Below, one piece after another: positions 60,931 to 64,000 of a stretch of DNA of 64,000 nucleotides (positions within the stretch are counted from its first letter, which is position 1; each line of letters begins with the position of its first letter). Below the pieces are notes generated by a model. The model had not been told where the DNA came from, did not search any database, and saw only the letters and a list, made by a program, of their open reading frames with translations. The translations under genes and the position numbers were made by a program. The stretch comes from an uncultured bacterium (GTDB lineage Bacteria > Patescibacteriota > Minisyncoccia > SW-4-49-11): the NCBI GenBank assembly GCA_937864235.1, contig CALMJI010000018.1, positions 8,939-72,938 of the forward strand, in the 5' to 3' direction.

Positions 60931-61410
60931 ATGGAAGTATTAGGAATTAGTCTAGCAGTATTAGGGGCATCTGTTGCAGCTGGTCTTGCTGGCGTTGGAT
61001 CAGCGATTGGAGTTTCAAAAGCTGGGCAATCTGGTTCAGGACTCATTGTAGAAGATGCGACACAATTTGGTAATGTATTGTTATTACTTGCTCTACCTGG
61101 ATCTCAAGCTATATATGGTTTGTTAGCTGCTCTACTCATTCTACAAAATATTGGGATTTTGTCAGGAGAGTTTTCTGAGATTAGCTGGCAAAAGGGACTT
61201 ATATTAGCTTTCTCATCTATCCCTGTAGGTTTAACTGCTTTAGCCTCTGGTAAGTATCAAGGGGATCTAATTGCTAGTGGAATACAAATTATATCAAAAG
61301 ATAAAAGTAGATTGGGTCAAGTAATTATTCTGGCTGCTTTAGTTGAAACATTTTCTGTATTCGGACTTTTGATATCTATTCTTATTATTAATGGAGTTCC
61401 TCTTACATAA
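60931..61410 (+). CDS. V/A-type ATPase proteolipid subunit K (c)
   Basis: Duplicated hairpin of four TM helices, Gly/Ala-rich, with the conserved Glu in the last helix (ALVETFSVFGL). Confidence 0.85.
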   Translation: MEVLGISLAVLGASVAAGLAGVGSAIGVSKAGQSGSGLIVEDATQFGNVLLLLALPGSQAIYGLLAALLILQNIGILSGEFSEISWQKGLILAFSSIPVGLTALASGKYQGDLIASGIQIISKDKSRLGQVIILAALVETFSVFGLLISILIINGVPLT

Positions 61411-61412
61411 CT

Positions 61413-61949
61413 ATGGATTTAAGTAAATATATTCAAGATAAAGTAGATATTGAGTTAAATAAGCTCAGAGAAAGTTTAGAGCTTGAATTTAATGATACTA
61501 AACAATATTGGGATAGAGAGTTAGCATCTGTTAAAAAAACACATAATGATGAGATTGATCAAGAAGTTAATATTAATATTAACTTCAAAAAATTCCAAAA
61601 TAGCAAAACTAGTAAATTCAATTCTGGCTATGCTATACAATCCCAATTAGAGCAAATTTATACTGAATCTTTACCAGAAATTCTAGCTTCTAACTTTGTA
61701 AAAACTTTAATTCAAGACACTCTTCAGGATATTCCACAGAACACAACTTTAAACATAACTGGACAATATAGCAAAAATTTAGAAACTATTATCAGTAGCT
61801 TTGGGTATAAATCTAATTTAGTTGAAAATAATGCTAGTTTAGGTAAAATCACTGCCTCATTAAATCATATTAGTCTAGAAATTACTGTTGAGGACATTTT
61901 AGATGCTGTAAAGAAAAAAACATTAGCTTACATAATCAAGGAAATATGA
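61413..61949 (+). CDS. V/A-type ATPase subunit E
   Basis: Position and size in the operon; helical N-terminal segment. Call is by synteny. Confidence 0.6.
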   Translation: MDLSKYIQDKVDIELNKLRESLELEFNDTKQYWDRELASVKKTHNDEIDQEVNININFKKFQNSKTSKFNSGYAIQSQLEQIYTESLPEILASNFVKTLIQDTLQDIPQNTTLNITGQYSKNLETIISSFGYKSNLVENNASLGKITASLNHISLEITVEDILDAVKKKTLAYIIKEI

Positions 61950-62887
61950 GTTTACAACTTCCTATAACTAGCGTTACTAGTAGGTATTTAGTTAGGTTAG
62001 AGCGCATACCATCATCTAATGAAACTAAAAGTTTGTTTAATATAGATAATATTGACTATTGTATAAGTTTAATTAAAGAATCTTTCGGACTATTGGATGT
62101 GAATCTGGATAATGTTATATTAAAGCTTAATGACTATTATAATCAACAGATAAGTGAGGTTTTGTCTTTGTTGCCAGCAAATTCTGCTTCCTTTATATAT
62201 CTAAACCTATCACAAGATTTTGAGAAGCTCAAAAACATAGCTATTAATAAAACTATTTATGGAGAACCTCTGGGAGAAAAAGGGTTTGAACAAATGATAA
62301 ACGAAACTCCTGGTAAGTTATATTATTCAGATAAGTTTAAATCAAAATTATTAGCTAAAGAGGAAAAATTAATTCACTCTCACGATAGCTTTAGCCTCAT
62401 TTCTTATTTAGAAGAAATATTTTTAACCCTATTATTTGAAAATTTAAAAGATGGGAATAAAATTATGAAAGACTTCATTTTAGCTAAAATAGATAGCTAT
62501 ACCCTACTCAATGTTTTAGCTAGAACTCAAAAAGGTCAATCTAAAGAGCATATTTTAAGACACTTATTACCAATTCAAGGAAGTTTTGCTATCAATGCGG
62601 TAAAAGGATTTAGTTTTGGAGACGTGTTAGGAGATATTGGTCAATATTTAAATTTAGCTCCTGTAGATATAAATACCATCAATATTGAAAACACCCTTAT
62701 TAAAAATGAAATCAAGACCATAAATAGAGCTCAATTTAGCGGTATGTCTGGAGATAGAATTATTCAATATACCGAGAGATTACAATATGCTATTTCAAAC
62801 TTTAAATTACTGATTTTACAGCATTCTAAGAAATTTGATTCCAAGCAAGCTAAACTAAGATTTATAGATTATTCCAATATATGTTAG
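61946..62887 (+). CDS. V/A-type ATPase subunit C (V0 d-type)
   Basis: Roughly 310 aa helical protein between E and F. Call is by synteny and size. Confidence 0.6.
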   Translation: MSLQLPITSVTSRYLVRLERIPSSNETKSLFNIDNIDYCISLIKESFGLLDVNLDNVILKLNDYYNQQISEVLSLLPANSASFIYLNLSQDFEKLKNIAINKTIYGEPLGEKGFEQMINETPGKLYYSDKFKSKLLAKEEKLIHSHDSFSLISYLEEIFLTLLFENLKDGNKIMKDFILAKIDSYTLLNVLARTQKGQSKEHILRHLLPIQGSFAINAVKGFSFGDVLGDIGQYLNLAPVDINTINIENTLIKNEIKTINRAQFSGMSGDRIIQYTERLQYAISNFKLLILQHSKKFDSKQAKLRFIDYSNIC

Positions 62888-63204
62888 ACTATAAAAAACC
62901 AGTTATAATTGCCGATGCTGATATAACTTTATTATTCAAGTTATTTGGGTTTGAGACTTTGAATAGCAATGAATTAGAAATGGATCAAATTATCGTTAAT
63001 ATTCAAAAGGATGCCGAAATGTATGCTATTATATTTATAGCCTCTAATATAATATTAACTCCTAAACAAAGAAAACTCCTTAACTCACTCAATATACCTA
63101 TTTCGCAGATACCTATTAGCTCAGATAGCAATTCCGTTGAGGAGTTAAAGCATCTCACCGAAAAAGCAGTAGGTATGAGCCTAGACAAATTATTCACCTC
63201 TTGA
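62881..63204 (+). CDS. V/A-type ATPase subunit F
   Basis: 107 aa ([20 protein letters not shown]) immediately before the A subunit. Confidence 0.7.
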   Translation: MLDYKKPVIIADADITLLFKLFGFETLNSNELEMDQIIVNIQKDAEMYAIIFIASNIILTPKQRKLLNSLNIPISQIPISSDSNSVEELKHLTEKAVGMSLDKLFTS

Positions 63205-63218
63205 TTAAACTAATTACT

Positions 63219-64000
63219 ATGAATACAGGAAATATTATCAAAATATCAGGACCATTAGTTATCGCTGACTCTATGACTGGAGCTAAAATGTATGATTTAG
63301 TCAAAGTTGGAAATTTGGAATTAATGGGAGAAATTATTGAATTAAAAGGTAGTACCGCCTCAATTCAGGTTTATGAGGATACCTCTGGTTTGGTAGTAGG
63401 AGAGCCAGTTGTCTCCACAGGAGAGCCTCTTAGTATAGAATTAGGCCCAGGACTATTAACAGCTGGATTATTCGACGGAATTCTAAGACCACTCAATGTA
63501 ATAGCTGAGAAAGCTGCCGCTCAGGGACTCAATTCTGAATATATTACAAGAGGTTTGACCGCTCCTAGTCTAGACAGAGAGCTAAAATGGGAATTCAAAC
63601 CAGTAGTACAAAAGGGAGATACAGTCCAAGCTGGAGATATATTAGGAACAGTACAAGAGACTGAGCTAATCGTTCATAAAATTTTAGTACCATTTGGAGT
63701 AGAGGGAATAATCACTGAGATTAAGTCAGGAGCATTCACAGTCACCGAGACCGTAGCTAAAATTGCAGATACAGAAGTACAATTGATGCACAAATGGCCA
63801 GTTAGAACTCCAAGACCATATAAAAATAAACAAATCCCTACCACCCCACTTATTACCCAACAGAGAATTATTGACACCTTTTTCCCAATTCCAAAAGGAG
63901 GAGCTGCTGCCGTACCAGGACCATTCGGAGCTGGAAAGACAGTTATTCAACACCAATTAGCCAAATGGTCAGATGCTGATGTGGTGGTTTATGTTGGTTG
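63219..64000 (+). CDS. V/A-type ATPase catalytic subunit A (5' partial; runs off the window end)
   Basis: N-terminus [28 protein letters not shown]...GEIIELKG typical of V/A-ATPase A subunits. Open to the window end and not in the ORF track because it has no stop. Confidence 0.85.
   Translation, partial: MNTGNIIKISGPLVIADSMTGAKMYDLVKVGNLELMGEIIELKGSTASIQVYEDTSGLVVGEPVVSTGEPLSIELGPGLLTAGLFDGILRPLNVIAEKAAAQGLNSEYITRGLTAPSLDRELKWEFKPVVQKGDTVQAGDILGTVQETELIVHKILVPFGVEGIITEIKSGAFTVTETVAKIADTEVQLMHKWPVRTPRPYKNKQIPTTPLITQQRIIDTFFPIPKGGAAAVPGPFGAGKTVIQHQLAKWSDADVVVYVG

Noticed and set aside
1-64000. Alternative genetic code (UGA recoding, as in some CPR lineages)
   Set aside because: Conserved genes (tuf, leuS, recA, rpoD) are full length under the standard code. 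At least one well-formed gene (55161-55700) ends in TGA followed by a terminator.
1-64000. CRISPR arrays or cas genes
   Set aside because: No regularly spaced direct repeats seen. The repeated GC-rich elements are irregular hairpins, not repeat-spacer arrays.

Overview
AT-rich (roughly 30% GC), gene-dense bacterial chromosome segment using the standard code (UGA is a stop; EF-Tu, LeuS and RecA are full length). The ribosomal superoperon, reduced gene content, LamG-type pilin and Fem/VanW genes suggest a Patescibacteria/CPR-like organism. This is inference from the sequence only.

Minus strand, positions 1 to 46 kb:
- rluD-like pseudouridine synthase.
- secY, then rplO-rpsE-rplR-rplF-rpsH-rpsZ-rplE-rplX-rplN-rpsQ-rpmC-rplP-rpsC-rplV-rpsS-rplB-rplW-rplD-rplC-rpsJ-tuf. 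L30 is absent and none of the usual post-secY genes follow. tuf has a perfect consensus promoter.
- ABC-F ATPase, an orphan polytopic histidine kinase, an RNHCP-like zinc-ribbon protein, nusG-secE.
- rpoD-dnaG-lgt-ferredoxin-Nfu-rplU, pheST, ppa, nusA.
- A type IV pilin carrying a LamG lectin domain, leuS, two tandem dPGM paralogues, recA, a phytoene/squalene synthase plus polyprenyl synthase pair.
- An envelope cluster (ctpA, GT2, LCP, GT4), then pgk.

Plus strand:
- corA and tyrS.
- A Nudix hydrolase and proS.
- A 1009-aa tandem fusion of two complete GspE/PilB secretion ATPases, co-operonic with tsaE, a pfkB kinase, FemAB, VanW and cysS.
- Two unknown proteins, tRNA-Thr(CGT), the CCA-adding enzyme, a RAYT (REP-associated tyrosine transposase).
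- A V/A-type ATPase operon (G-like, I, K, E, C, F, A-partial) driven by a perfect consensus promoter that abuts the RAYT stop codon.

The most unusual content:
1. A family of GC-rich GTAG-hairpin (REP-like) elements in five intergenic islands, matching a perfect 22-bp inverted hairpin pair inside the RAYT coding sequence. This is a candidate REP/RAYT system in a streamlined AT-rich genome.
2. The fused double pilus/secretion ATPase, paired with a distant lectin-domain pilin.
3. A separate conserved 46-48-nt element present twice, with a compensatory hairpin change between copies.
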